Shown: positions 1 to 12,997, numbered from the whole stretch's first letter. The stretch: 63,360 nucleotides of DNA, filler included, from Octopus bimaculoides (GCF_001194135.2; 6 parts of 6 records of this genome joined end to end with filler, not necessarily neighbours in it); one strand, 5' to 3'. Made by a program: numbers and translations. Notes: generated by a model not told the origin, from the letters alone.

Positions 1-345
1 TTACAGTTTGTAGTATAAAGAGAGAAGACAGAAAAAGCAGAGATGCGCCATCTTGGGATTTTTAATATGGCTAATAATTTTAATTTATAGCTTCAAAATT
101 CTGGTTTTTATTTTATTTTATAATTTCAATTGTACTCAATGTATACGCTGCTTCTACATGCAAAAATGAGTAAGAGAAAGAGAGGTTGGCGTGAGGTTAT
201 ATTCCAGGCGAAACGATGCCGTGTGTTAATGTGGTTCCTTTTCCCACTGGTGTGCATGATGAATTCTCTCTTATGTTATGCAAAGCAAACGCCTTCAGAA
301 AGACAACGCCACATCGTTCTCATTTGTGTTTCATTTGTTACTTAG

Positions 346-790
346 ATGCGAGATCACAAATTTGCTAGTAAATTAAGATGATGTTAAGCTAATCTAACTG
401 AAACTAGTGAAGTGTAATGTTTGACGATCTACATAATACAAGGCCACACATTTTGGGGGTAATAGTTTAGTAGATTAAAATTATGCAACTGAAAAAAAAA
501 CGAAGTTGATTGTCCAACGCTCTACGCAACGCAAGGTTTCACATTTTTTGGTTAAAGTTTCGTAAGTTAAACATGCATTTAATTACCAGCGAAGCATGCT
601 GTCCGCAGCTCTAAGACAAGACCTCTGACTTGTGTAAGTTTTATTCGATGAAATTAGACCAATTAAAACCAGCAAGGTATACTGTCCGCTGCTCTACGTA
701 ATGAAAGACTAAACGTTTGTTGGGTAAATTTTCGTGGTTCAACCTAACGTTACTGAAATCAATGAGACATACCGTCCGGCGCTCTACATA
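346..790. repeat. Degenerate tandem array, 5 units of ~83-93 bp, each ending in a conserved TGTCCNNNGCTCTAC-like motif
   Basis: Motif copies at ~418, 511, 600, 683, 773; units also share CAAGG/CACATTT, GGTAAA-TTT-GT and ACTGAAA/ACCAGC blocks. Confidence 0.7.
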
Positions 791-1024
791 TTCTGCCAAC
801 GTCGACCCAGTTCATTTTCAACATTCCCTAATAACATCCATGATGTTTGGCAACACTGAATGGAACGATGGGATCTTCTGTCGACAGCTGAGTGAAGGAG
901 TATGCCGCATTGAAAACTAGTGATATGTATTTTCTCCCCATTTTTAGGTATAGGCGAAGTCAATTCTACACGATGTAAAGAAAGATATCAACATCAATTT
1001 ATGGATTCATCGCTTTGAGACTTG

Positions 1025-1092
1025 TATATACACATACATACATGCATACATACATACATACATACATACATACATACATACATACATACATA
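1025..1092. repeat. (CATA)n microsatellite
   Basis: Direct inspection. Confidence 0.95.
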
Positions 1093-1371
1093 ACCTGTAA
1101 CTTTTGGGGCCCTGAGATATGTAACACTGTAACACACTGCTGAAATAACAATCTTGAGAAATTAGGCTTCTCAAAAGAAGAAAGGAGAAAGCTAATTCGA
1201 CGACTACATATCGAATCCATCACTGGAACTGTAAAAATCTGTAACATTTTCCAGAAGTTTATCATATAAATATATATGAGCATGTCTAGATATGCAATGA
1301 TATGCATGAGCATACATAAAGGAAAAAATACAAATGTGCACATATACATACATACATACATACATTAGTAG

Positions 1372-1850
1372 AAAGCTCTGTGAAGATAGTAACATCGATC
1401 ATCAAAGCAGTTTATCATGGACCAATAGCCGGATTACTACCTCTCACTTAGAAGGGTTTGCAATACAGGAAATATCAATCAAGTACCTGATGCACAAAAG
1501 AAATAGAGATGCGGGAAAAGCAGCAAAATGTGACAAGCGATGCAGACCTCGTGGAGTACACACTGAAGATATCACCGAAGTCATAAGCAGTTATCCGAAA
1601 ATGATATTACGGTATAATCTACCGATGAGATATGTTGTAGCTAGAATATTCTACAATGAAATCCGTCAGAAGGATAATCCAGAGGACAAAGAAATAAGAA
1701 CCTACATTATGGTAGAAGGCCACTCATAATGCAAAGAAATACTGGTGGAATGTACCAGTGAAGACCACAATAAAATGTAAGAAGAGAAATCTGCCCAATG
1801 GCTGATGTAGAAATTCCAATGAAGGAGCCTTGGATCTCGGTGAGACCCGG
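1372..1850 (+). mobile_element. R4/Dong-like non-LTR retrotransposon remnant (CCHC zinc knuckle and start of RLE domain)
   Basis: Translation TSHLEGFAIQEISIKYLMHKR...CDKRCRPRGVHTEDITEVISSYPKM...RYVVARIFYNEI...WWNVPVKT matches the CRxC...HIxSxC...RHDxV pattern of R4-clade ORFs; degenerate. Confidence 0.75.
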
Positions 1851-1929
1851 TTCTTTCTCTATTGGCAGGAAATCTTGAAATAAACTAAATAATGACATAC
1901 ATACAAGCAAAAATACCTTGTTGCTGATG

Positions 1930-2185
1930 TTGAAAATATGTGTGTGTGTATGCGCGTACATGTATGTGCGTGTTTTTTTGTCTGTTCTTGTCACCCACCA
2001 CGTCCTTGACAACTGATGGTGTGTTAGTGTGTTTACGTCCCAGTAACCTAACTGATCGGCAACAGAAACCGATATAAGAAGTACGAATTTTGAAAGGTAA
2101 TGAGGTTGACATAATCGACTTAAAATACTCGAAGGCGGTACTCCAGCATGGCCGCAGTCAAATGACCGAGGCAAGTAAAAAATTA
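1930..2185 (+). mobile_element. Octopus bipartite SINE (family A), right arm
   Basis: CTTGACAAC...GGTGTGTTTACGTCC...CCAGCATGGCCGCAGTCAAATGAC...AAGTAAAA, shared with more than 10 copies in the window. Confidence 0.85.
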
Positions 2186-3807
2186 AAGATACACCTTTCT
2201 ACACGAACGGCTGTTAATTCTGTTTACTATTCTGAAGGTGGACAGATCGAAAGTAACAACTATACATTGCAACTAGAGCAGTGATCCTTAACCATTTTTT
2301 ACCTATGGACTCACTTGATTCCTATTCTACTCTGATGGACCCTTCTAGCCATTCGATGTTTAAAAATTCCTATTGTATTTTTATAATTAATTATTATTAG
2401 GAATTGCATAAAAATAATTATCAAAATATTTTTTGGATTGCAGAAGTGTAACCAATGTACTGCAGATGAATTTTAACAGCAAAATCTTATGTGGACCCCA
2501 AAGGATCATATGGATCTCGCTTGAGAATAACTGAACTAGCGTTTAACTTTTCACATGGCAGATAACTTTGGAAGTATACTTTTACCAGAGTATTAAAATA
2601 TCAGAATACGGAGTACATAAATCAATTTAATTCGTCTTTATCAAATTTATTGTTGCTTATACGAAATGATGAAATGAATAGTGATTTTCAGAAAGGCAAA
2701 TATTTAACACTTTAAAATAAAGTAAATAAAACAAGTTTCTCATTTGTATCTCTCCTCCCATAACGAGTGTCATTTTCTCCCTTTCCTCCTCTTCCCTCCG
2801 TGTCTCATGATTGATTCATTCACCCTCACTGTTTATGTCGGATTCTTTAATCTCTGTTCTGCCTCCAAGCGTGATATCTATACTCATCTTGCAACTCTAA
2901 TATTAACTCTCTTTGTATCGCTCTTTGTATTTTCTGTACTAACTCTCTTTGTATACTCTGTCTTCGACATAAAGCGTAACTGGAGAAATTAACTAACCGA
3001 TATTTTTATGCGCCGTTATAGTATAGAGATATAACCAATAAATCTAATTGGAGCCATATTAAACGTATCCGGCTCCTGTATTTTTAATGAAGATAAAAAC
3101 CAGAATTATTTTGAATTAATTACACATCAGTAATTACGACGATTGTGTTGCCGCAGAAGATGGCCAGCGACACACGCTGAGGTAGCCACTACACGTCACG
3201 GCTTTTTTCTCCAACGAACCGCCGTTATCCCTATTTTGCGGAGGAAATCTGTAGTACGGAGTCCTAGAACACCTGACAGCGACCGGCAGAAACAGATAGC
3301 AGCCGGCCATTCCCCCTAGTATTTACTGATTTCCATCTCCTTCGTGTTACGGGCAGCAACGCCCAGGTTTTCAGCCGATACTGCAAGGCTGGAGCCGGAG
3401 AACGTGTCGCAGCATGTCGTGTAGCTTTCTGCCTCACTCGAATGGGAAGAAGGTTATTCTGTCGGGGTGTGCTTAGCGCCCCAGCGGTAGAGATCTGCTG
3501 GCTCCTAATTTTACCTCTATTGCATTTGGGAATGCATTTCCAAAGAACTGGGCTTTGTTTTCTAAGTAACAGAATATCAAGGAGACTTTACTTCTATATG
3601 ATATCAACTGTCTCAAACAACTAAATCATGCAACTTTGTTCTTCATAACCACGTGATTTCCTCCGACGTGGGATAAACATCTTTAAACGTCTTTACACTT
3701 CAACAAAGTACTGTCTTAGATAGCTGCAATGCTTTACTTAACAAAGGGAACTTGACTCAGCGCAGTGCAATGAATAGAGGACATAACTCTTCTTCTAGAA
3801 TAAATAA

Positions 3808-3999
3808 CTCGTAAAATGTCCACAGTTCAAAGTACGGACAATCTTCTTTGACACGGACGGTAAATTGGTAGTCTTAGGCGGGAACGTCAGTGAAGGTTAC
3901 AGCTTTAGACCAGTGGACGTTTATGCTCCGACAGACGCTAGTAGGCCAGATTTCTTCAGATATTTAGCAATATACGTGGGAACTTCCAGCTCTTTAGTG
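3808..3999 (+). mobile_element. L1/Tx1-clade LINE AP-endonuclease remnant
   Basis: KVRTIFFDTDGKLVVLGGNVSEGYSFRPVDVYAPTDASRPDFFRYLAIYVGTSSSLV resembles the DxxGRLVV...FRLVxVYAP...DFFRxL...TS segment of Tx1 APE domains. Confidence 0.7.
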
Positions 4000-4799
4000 A
4001 AAGAGGAGTTCTTGGAATTGTTCCAGTTGCTGCTGCTGTTGTTGGTAGTGGAGATGGTGTTTTCGAAGTTTTCAAATTTATTGTAATTTATGGTATCGCT
4101 AGTTTTCACTGCAGTGACGTAGTGTTTCTCGCTCATCCCCTCTTTCTGGTAACGCTCCTCACTATTCCTAGCTATTTCATTAACCCTTCGTGAGCTAGCG
4201 TGTTCCTTTGGGATCCCAGTAAAATTTAAAAGTTATGCAACTTTTACATTTTTCATTTAAATGATTTTATATCCCATGATTTTATTGTCAATAGTTTATG
4301 TATGCGCGTACAAATTTTGAGTTAAAAATTTCCAGTCATATGGATGTTATAGCATAAAATATGGTAATTAGGATCCCAGTGAACCCCATTGGCCTTCTGT
4401 ACAATTATTTTTTCTGTTCATTTTTCAGATATTATGAGCTATAAGTCAATTTTCTTTCAATTTGTACTGGTATGAATCGATATACTAAATAATTTTGTTT
4501 TATTTTATATTTAGTGCTATATGCATAGTTTAAAAACTATAAAAAATGTTGATTTCTTTCAATAAAGGATTTTTGCAGTCAATAAATTATATTTTAAACG
4601 ATAATAATTAAACGATAATAATTAAAAATTTATACCCATAAAGTGATAAATTTCTTGTTCTGTATCATGTACTTACACATATATACAAGATTTAAAAAAT
4701 TTTAATTTATGGATAGTGCGGAAATGTGCTAAAGGGGGTTCCTCGGGAACCCAATGGCCTTTTGTGTAATTCCAACCCCGCCAGCCCACGAAGGGCTAA

Positions 4800-5030
4800 C
4801 ATGCTTCACTGTATTACCTAATGTTTTTGGCAGGGTAGGAGAAAATAAAATTCTTACTACAGAAGCAAAATTAAATCGAGAGTTCCCCTCAACCAAATGG
4901 GGGAGGATGTATGAAAGAGAACGCACCAGTCGATGCGAAACAAACCGTCTTCCATATAGGAAGATTTTTGCAACTGAATACAATATTTTCCGTGATTGAT
5001 TTATACTGGATTTTTATGCAAATCGAGTTC
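4800..5030 (+). mobile_element. Possible Sola-like DNA transposase fragment
   Basis: EAKLN...MYE...LPYRKIFATEYNIF resembles the MYxxY...YRKIFxTEFNIxF motif recalled for Sola-type transposases; short and degenerate. Confidence 0.4.
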
Positions 5031-5075
5031 ACAGAGTCGATATCAAGCAACAACAACAACAATAATAATAATAAT

Positions 5076-5301
5076 CCTCTCTACTATAGGCACAATGACT
5101 GAAATTTTGGGGGAGGGGGAAAGTCGATCGCATCGACCCCAGTGCGAAACTGGTACTTATTTTATCGACCTCGAAAAGATGAAAAGCAAAGTCGATATCG
5201 GCAGATTTTGAATACAGAGCGTCGAGGTGGACGAGATGCCGCTTAGCATTTTGCCCAATGTTCTAAGTATTCTGCCAGATTGCAATAATGATAATAATAA
5301 T

Positions 5302-5338
<37 letters not shown>

Positions 5339-5530
5339 GTAATGATTCTTTTTACTATAGGCACAATCCTTTCTTCTAAATGCACAAAGGCCTAAGACTT
5401 TGGAGGAGAGGGTTAGTCGAAAACATTGACCCTAGTGATAAACTGCTACTTAGTATATGAATCCCAAAAGGACGAAAAGCAATGCAGATCACGATAGATT
5501 TTGAAGTCAGAGACTAAAAGTTTGGAAAAA
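5076..5530 (-). mobile_element. Two head-to-tail copies of tRNA-derived SINE family B separated by (AAT)n
   Basis: Reverse complement of GGCAGAATCxTTAGC...CCTTTCATCCTTTCGGGGTCGATAAAATAAGTACCAGT...GGCCTTGTGCCTATAGTAGA; copies ~5076-5283 and ~5345-5530. Confidence 0.8.
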
Positions 5531-5647
5531 GTTCCTTAAAGCGTTTTGTTCAGTGCTATCACAGGCTGTAACAGATTATCTGCGGTCGGCAAGATCGATG
5601 CACGAAGTACCGACAGGGAAACTACGGAAATTATTTTNNNNNNNNNN

Positions 5648-5679
<32 letters not shown>

Positions 5680-6059
5680 CACATATACATATATATATAC
5701 ACACACACAACATATCTATTGGGTCGCCACTTCTTTTATTCGAATATTTTGTGTGAGTTCGTGAGTTAGTTTTTAAATGGTTTTTAAAATAACCAAAAAA
5801 TAGATTCCTTTTGTGCACAATAGTAAAAATAGACTACAAAGGAAGTGACTGGGATTGTGGGTGAGATTACAATAACTTGGTTCAATGGAAAATTGATAAA
5901 TCGGTAGAGTATAGATTCGGAGACTTTCCAATAGATACTGATGTTATCTCACTAATATTGTTGAACAGTGACGGAAGCAACAATAACAACAAAAAGGAAA
6001 GCGGCATGAATCATGGCCTTTGTATGTAGAGTTAACGCACAAAAATCACCTATCTATCC

Positions 6060-6120
6060 ATCTATCTATCTATATTTACACACACACTCACACAGACACA
6101 CACACAGATATATATGTATA

Positions 6121-6163
<43 letters not shown>

Positions 6164-6183
6164 ATATATATGTATATATATAT

Positions 6184-6239
<56 letters not shown>

Positions 6240-6468
6240 ATATATATATGTATATATATGTGTGTATATATATGCGTATACATATATGTATACACACATA
6301 TATTTATATATAAAATCTATATGTACGTGTATACATATATGTAGGTCTCTATATATATACAGACCTACATATATGTATTTATATATATATTTATATATAT
6401 ATATATGTGTGTGTGTATGTGTGTATGTATGTATATATATGCGTGTGTGTGTGTATGTATATATGTAT
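6060..6468. repeat. Compound (TA)n/(TG)n/(CA)n microsatellite abutting a gap
   Basis: Direct inspection; source of the spurious YI/CV/HT ORFs. Confidence 0.95.
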
Positions 6469-6707
6469 NNNNNNNNNNNNNNNNNNNNNNNNNNNNNNNN
6501 NNNNNNNNNNNNNNNNNNNNNNNNNNNNNNNNNNNNNNNNNNNNNNNNNNNNNNNNNNNNNNNNNNNNNNNNNNNNNNNNNNNNNNNNNNNNNNNNNNNN
6601 NNNNNNNNNNNNNNNNNNNNNNNNNNNNNNNNNNNNNNNNNNNNNNNNNNNNNNNNNNNNNNNNNNNNNNNNNNNNNNNNNNNNNNNNNNNNNNNNNNNN
6701 NNNNNTA

Positions 6708-7190
6708 CTTTTATTTGAGAAATCAAATGTGCTAAATATACGCTTAGAATAAAGATATTGATAAAATATTATATTAAATCTAGACATTGAAATCAAAATG
6801 TTAGAACCGAAACTCCCATATAAATACTTAGTTGGATATAACATTGAGAATATAAAACTACATCACTCATAAATGGTGAAAATTATAGAAAATTACAACT
6901 GAAGACTACTACTTATTTCTAAAAGACTAAACTGAATCTTAGATATAAGATGCAGTTATTAATATGATAGATATCCCTCTTATAAACTACAGCTTCAAAA
7001 TGTTGAATCAGAATTTAAATGAGTCGAATAGCTTAAAGAGAAAAAACTAGAAAGATCCGAGCAACATTTTGAAGACACCATCTGAAAACTGATCTAGATT
7101 AAACGTACATACACATCTACAAAAATTATGTAGGTTTGTTTAATCTCTGAAGCGGATTAGAAGAAATGGTCTCGTAATCTTCATAGATTA
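6708..7190 (+). mobile_element. Old R4/Dong-like RT/thumb remnant
   Basis: FEKSNVLNIR...LEPKLPYKYL...AVINMIDIPLINYSF...TRKI...HHLKTDLD aligns to the better preserved copy at 47929-48327 (GLDKC...SYKYLG...AINTLAI...TYSF...HHPKADIE). Confidence 0.7.
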
Positions 7191-8006
7191 TTTCCTACAT
7201 AAAATATTCTAAATAAGGTATACACTCATATACCTGCTCCCCAACATCACTACGGCCTGCACTTGTACACATCTACTCATATACAGAGACCTCCGGAAAC
7301 CACATACACATCTCTCCAATTGCTCATCTCAATTCACAGATACATTTCCGTGCCCATACACTCCACCCAACTCTCTACTATCGTATTTACTGTTCCCTAT
7401 AGAACCACCATCTGATCCATGACCCCTCACATATTTTGTTCTTTCTTCCACTTTTCTCATTCATTCTCATTACTTATCTTCTCTATCTTAAACTAATATA
7501 AAACTTGTTAAAACGGTTCCCCTTAGTGTTTTCTTCTTTCTTTTTGTATTCATTGCCTTCATAATATAATATAAATTCCACACAGAAAAATTCATAATAT
7601 TTACAACTCTCGCAAAAACGAGTAAAATTGATAAAAGATGGATAAAATTTTAGTGTTTACTCGTGTCTAACACATTTGATGCACATATATCTGAGATCTG
7701 CAATTCAAAGTAAGTCCAACAAACATGTCTGCAAATATATTACCAAACTGATTTGACGTTGCAATGTTTATTTGTCCTGTTGCAATACGAAAGATACAGG
7801 ATAGTTTACCAGTTTCAGAGAACAACCAGCAGCATCAGTAACAGTAAGAAATACTGTTTGGTGCCGGCCAGATTCATGTAGGATGCTCAGAAGCTGGAAC
7901 CTTCTACCCCACCCATAATCTATTCATTTAACTACCTACTGGCAAACAACAAAACATTGTATATCTGTTGTATTCTCCGTCTCAAAATGTCGTGGTAACG
8001 CCACGA

Positions 8007-8758
8007 TGTTGTGACGGATGGTTTAGATACAGTGCACCAGTGTAGTAACAATAAGTTAGATGACGATGCAGCCGTAATAACAACGTAACAATCCAACAAT
8101 CTCTTCATGAACCAACAATCAATATTCCAAACAAACTAGCCATTCGACACCTACTGACTTCACTGCGAACTCAACTCGAACTAACACACAAAATTCACTC
8201 CGAGAGCTATTTATTATCGCTCGGTCCAATCTATATCTCGCAAGTGTGCGCTGTGACTCTCATCACATCTCCCCTTTTGAGATTTCGACTTCCGTAAGAA
8301 GTGAAATTTATTTTACTTCTTATTTTCCCAGCCTCTCTCCCTCTTTGTATATATTTTAATTCTTTTTTTTTTTTAGAAAATTTAATATCTTTTTCGTTTT
8401 CGCATTATTTCTAGGTGTACAGTCTGTTTCCTTTTTCTATTGCTGTTTCTATGCGGCTCAATCTCTTTCGATACTGGCACCTCAAACATGTCATAGCAGA
8501 CTTCTATTGATATTTCCTTTCGTTTTCAGTATGTCTCGTCTTTAATTGGTTTAGGTGTTTCTTATGTTGGCAACGTTGTCCTTTAATTTCATACATCATG
8601 TTTCCCAATATTTTAGTTACAAAATCATCCCACACATACCAACTGCACTGCGAACTCAACTCGAACGAACACACAAACTTCACTCCGACCGCTACTATTT
8701 ATAATCACTCGGTCCAGTCTATTTCTCGCAACGGAGCGTCGTGACTCCCATCACTACA
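8007..8758 (-). mobile_element. Internally deleted Gypsy LTR retrotransposon: partial LTR (8646-8758), integrase C-terminal tail, PPT (8268-8278), LTR (~8007-8267)
   Basis: 8161-8267 and 8646-8758 are direct repeats; minus strand reads AAAAGGGGAGA|TGTGATG (PPT then TG); the interval translates VTKILGNMMYEIKGQRCQHKKHLNQLKTRH. Confidence 0.75.
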
Positions 8759-9118
8759 ATATCCTAAGTACTGACATAACAACATTCAGAATTGCTAACG
8801 ATGTGATGGGCGCTACATACGCTTGGGCACATCACAACTTTAATATTATTCTTTTATCACTTAAAGCATTCCTTTTCCAATATGTAGATGCATGCATTGC
8901 CTCTCGACACACACATTTCCACTCTTTAAATGAATGAGTTTATATTCATAGATAGTTAACTTCCTGATGTCACCAATTTTGACTCAGTTTTTCAAATCAT
9001 TTTAAAAATAAAAGAATATTACGTATAAGAGTTTACATATTACATCCAATAAAAACTCAACTCAAATATAACTGTATCCTGTTCGACTTAATCTCCTGTT
9101 CCTATTTAATATGCTTCG

Positions 9119-9162
<44 letters not shown>

Positions 9163-9994
9163 GTATGTATATGTGTGTGTATGTATACATAATGTATAAA
9201 ATTTACGATACACAATGAATACTGGTTTCAAATTTTGGCACAAGGCCACTAATTTCAGGGGAGGGGTTACGTCGATTATATCGACCACAGTGTTCAACTG
9301 ATAATTGTACACCCATCTGTATCACTGTGCATCATATATCAGGCAGATGCATTATTGAAAACGGGTTAATTTCTTACACAACGGGTAGCTTTACAAGAGA
9401 AGTCCAATAATATTTTAATGGATCGGATATATTTTTATGAAAAACAATGCCGGATCATTTATAGTTACCTTTCGCCCTAAAAAGCGCCAGGTATTCTTCT
9501 AGTGTAATATACCCCCCACATACTTATAATTAACAATTTGCAATATATACGGAACCTTATCACAATAACAAAACGTACATGCACATTCATACGCATACAT
9601 ATGCACGCTCATACACACACACACATGCAGGTATACGCATTCATGCACACCCGCACACACACACACACACACACATACACACACATACATATACTGGTAT
9701 AGGTATTCATGTACATACACAAATATAATTACTGATCTTCAGATGATGTGGAGAGGTGGAGAACAAACAAACTGAAATGCGTGAATATCTCTTTTAACCT
9801 CAGGAGGCTGAAGGTGTTTAGTAGGAAAGGGGTCGGATTGAATTGAGTAAATACTAGAGATGTTTATCTAGTTGGCAGATTGTGACTCTAGGTAATACAA
9901 AGACACAGTTTTCGGGAGCATGACAAGGCTAATTACGAAATAGTCAAATCAAATCATCAAAGCAAATCTTTGCTGCAGGAGGGAACTAATTACT

Positions 9995-10025
9995 TGAACA
10001 GAGAGAGAGAGAGACAGAGAGAGAC

Positions 10026-10065
<40 letters not shown>

Positions 10066-10134
10066 AAAGACAGACAGACAGTCTGACAGAGGAGGGGAGA
10101 TAGTATAGTGGAAGAGAGGGGTTGGGTAGTGTGA

Positions 10135-10165
<31 letters not shown>

Positions 10166-10490
10166 GGGAGAGAGNNNNNNNNNNNNNNNNNNNNNNNNNN
10201 NNNNNNNNNNNNNNNNNNNNNNNNNNNNNNNNNNNNNNNNNNNNNNNNNNNNNNNNNNNNNNNNNNNNNNNNNNNNNNNNNNNNNNNNNNNNNNNNNNNN
10301 NNNNNNNNNNNNNNNNNNNNNNNNNNNNNNNNNNNNNNNNNNNNNNNNNNNNNNNNNNNNNNNNNNNNNNNNNNNNNNNNNNNNNNNNNNNNNNNNNNNN
10401 NNNNNNAGAAGAAGAAGAAGAAGAAGAAGAAGAAGAAGAAGAAGAAGAAGAAGAAGAAGAAGAAGAAGAAGAAGAAGAAGAAGAAGAAGA
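9995..10490. repeat. (GA)n and (GAA)n tracts flanking a gap
   Basis: Direct inspection. Confidence 0.95.
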
Positions 10491-10574
10491 ATGTGATCAG
10501 AGAGCAGAATAAAAACAACCAGAACGTGTATTAATGATAAGAATGAGCAAGGCGAGGAAGAGGAGAAATAAAGA

Positions 10575-10733
10575 AAGCGGGCACTGTGGTAAGAAGCTTG
10601 CTTTCCAACCATGTAGTTTCGTTTCAATCCCACTGTGCATCAAATTCGGCAAGTATTTTGCACTACATAACCCCACGGCTCCACAAAGATTTGTGAGTGA
10701 ATTTGGTAGACGGCAACTGAAAGTAGCCCATCC

Positions 10734-10767
<34 letters not shown>

Positions 10768-11618
10768 AGACGCAGGCATGGCTGTTTGGTAAGAAGCTTG
10801 CTACCCAACCACATGGCTCTAAGTTCAGTCCCACTGCGTGACCCTTGGGCAAGTGTCTTCTACTATAGCCTTGGGCCAACCAAAACCTTGTGAATGGATG
10901 CGATAGATGGAAACTGAAAGAAGTGTGTCTTTGTGTATGTGTGCGTCTTTGTGTCTCTGTTTGTCTCCCACCATCACTTGGCAACCGATGTTGGTGTGTT
11001 TATGTCCTGTAATTTCGCGGTTCTGCAAATGACTGATAGAATAGGTACTAGGCTTACAAATAATAAGTTCTGAGGCCAATTTCTTTGACTAAAAACCTCT
11101 GTAAGGCAGTGCTCCAGCATGGCCCCATTTAAATAACTGAAACAAAGAAAAGAATAAAAAATATATATAAAATTGAATATTTCTATCTGTGTGTGTGTGT
11201 GTCTCTATTTGTTTCCCACTACCGCTTGACAACTTGTGTTGGTTTTTTAACGTCCCCATAACTTAGCTGTTCGGCAAAAAGGAACAGATAGAATAGGAAC
11301 CAGTTTAAAAAATACATACTGGGGTCCAGTTATTCCACAAAACCCTTTAAGATGCGGCTTCCAGCTTGGCCACAGTCCAAAGACTGGAAGAATTAAATAG
11401 TAGAACATAAAATATATACATTTATAGGTTCAGGCGTGGCTGTGTGTTAAGAAATTTGCTTTCCAGCTACATAGTTCCGGGTTCAGTTCCAATGCGTGGC
11501 ACCGTGAGCAAGTGTCTTCTACTATAGCCTCGAACCAACCAAAGCCTCGTGAGCATTTGGTAGACGGAAAATGAAAAAAGTCCTGTCGTATACACACACA
11601 CACACACANNNNNNNNNN

Positions 11619-11649
<31 letters not shown>

Positions 11650-11850
11650 CTGTGTGTGAGTGAGTTTCTATGCGTCGGTCTTTGCGCACCACTGCCGCTT
11701 GACTTAGCGGCTCGACAAAATAGGGAAAGTAAAATAAGTACCAAGCTTAAAAACAAAAACGTACTGGGGTTGTTTCGTTCAACTAAAAACTCTTCAAGGC
11801 AGTGCCCCAGCATGACCGCAATCTAACGAGTGAAGCAAATAAAAAATAAA
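10575..11850 (+). mobile_element. Cluster of family A SINEs (partial 10575-10730, full 10768-11160, right arm 11185-11410, full 11430-11850)
   Basis: Repeated tRNA-like head GGCTGTGTGGTAAGAAGCTTGCT...GGGTTCAGTCCCACTGCGTGGCACCTTGGGCAAGTGTCTTCTACTATAGCC, internal TA/TG tract and right arm. Confidence 0.9.
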
Positions 11851-12074
11851 ATATATACATATCATCATGTTGCATTAGTGATTGCAAAAAGCGAGAAAGG
11901 GCTACTAGATACCGGAGAATAGATTGCTTGTAAAATTCCTTATTGAACGAGTCAGCACCTCGTTCAAAATACGAGTTTATTGCTTGAAAGATGCAAGTCT
12001 ACCGCATTCATCACTTTATTTGGTTAAGTTTGCTGACAGAAATTTAAGAAATGAAGAATTTTACACACTCACGA

Positions 12075-12139
<65 letters not shown>

Positions 12140-12254
12140 NNNNNNNNNNNNNNNNNNNNNNNNNNNNNNNNNNNNNNNNNNNNTTAATTAATTAANNNNN
12201 NNNNNNNNNNNNNNNNNNNNNNNNNNNNNNNNNNNNNNNATATATATATATATA

Positions 12255-12780
12255 TATATAATTAATGTAATAGGGTAAAAAATTTGATATTAATTAATAT
12301 CAATTTAATACCAGGAAACCAGCACATTTAAAAAATCAGAAGATTCAGAAAAAATTTTCTGAGATCTCAAAAGGATTATAGTACCTGTGTATATAAAAAG
12401 ACCACTAAGTGGACAGCTAATGTGCTAGAAGAAGATCACTTAAAAATTCTCAATGAAATTCATTTGGTACTTATTGTTGGTTGAGATATATATCTAATTA
12501 TTGTTCTACTTACGATCTGACGAGTAGCTATATTTTTGAATAGAACTTATTTTCGATAATTTCAATTGATTTTAATCGATTTAAATTTCTTTTCTATTTG
12601 AAAATTGGTTATGAAACACGTGTAATCTTTTTATTATATTTATCTTATGATATTTACTTTACTTTACATTATACTCATCTATTGTGCTTTTAATTATTAA
12701 TTTTTCTATATGTGATAGTGGATTTTCATCGATGAGTTCTTGAAAATTGGTTATTTTCCCTAAAACTATATATATATATA
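12255..12780. mobile_element. Probable Penelope-like element terminal-repeat remnant
   Basis: AT-rich block with GTGGACAGCTAATGTGCTAGAA and decayed CTGACGAG/GATGAG motifs typical of PLE pseudo-LTRs; no ORF. Confidence 0.4.
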
Positions 12781-12997
12781 TAAATACATGTGGTTCTGAA
12801 GCTACTTAACTATCTGACTATGTCTGCTCACATATACACTGTCTAAATTCTTTTAAAAAAAGACAAGTTGATGCTTGTGACTAGCTGGCTGGAGCCTCTT
12901 TGGTAAACATAGGTTTGTTCTCTCTTCTCCACTTTCTATTTCATTAGGGATGGCCCAGCCATTAAACAGAAGCAAAAAAGAAAAGAAAACAACTCAC

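Noticed and set aside
346-790. CRISPR-like repeat-spacer interpretation
   Set aside because: Eukaryotic context, no cas genes, degenerate repeats, and spacers homologous to one another.
3921-4136. Minus-strand ORF MSEKHYVTAVK...
   Set aside because: Largely antisense to the Tx1 endonuclease remnant and a short simple repeat; no splice or homology support.
7768-7923. Minus-strand frame ...RHQTVFLTVTDAAGCSLKL, reminiscent of TMEM268 RHRVLLGVTDTVEGC
   Set aside because: No convincing acceptor, phase not linkable to the 12998 donor, and adjacent to an LTR; may be chance. Worth a tBLASTn but not called.
11880-11985. Phase-1 compatible minus-strand frame INSYFERGADSFNKEFYKQSIL as the next TMEM268 exon
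   Set aside because: Weak splice sites and lacks the expected second TM segment.
12510-12545. CTGACGAG hammerhead-like start
   Set aside because: No stem II or GAAA partner recognisable.
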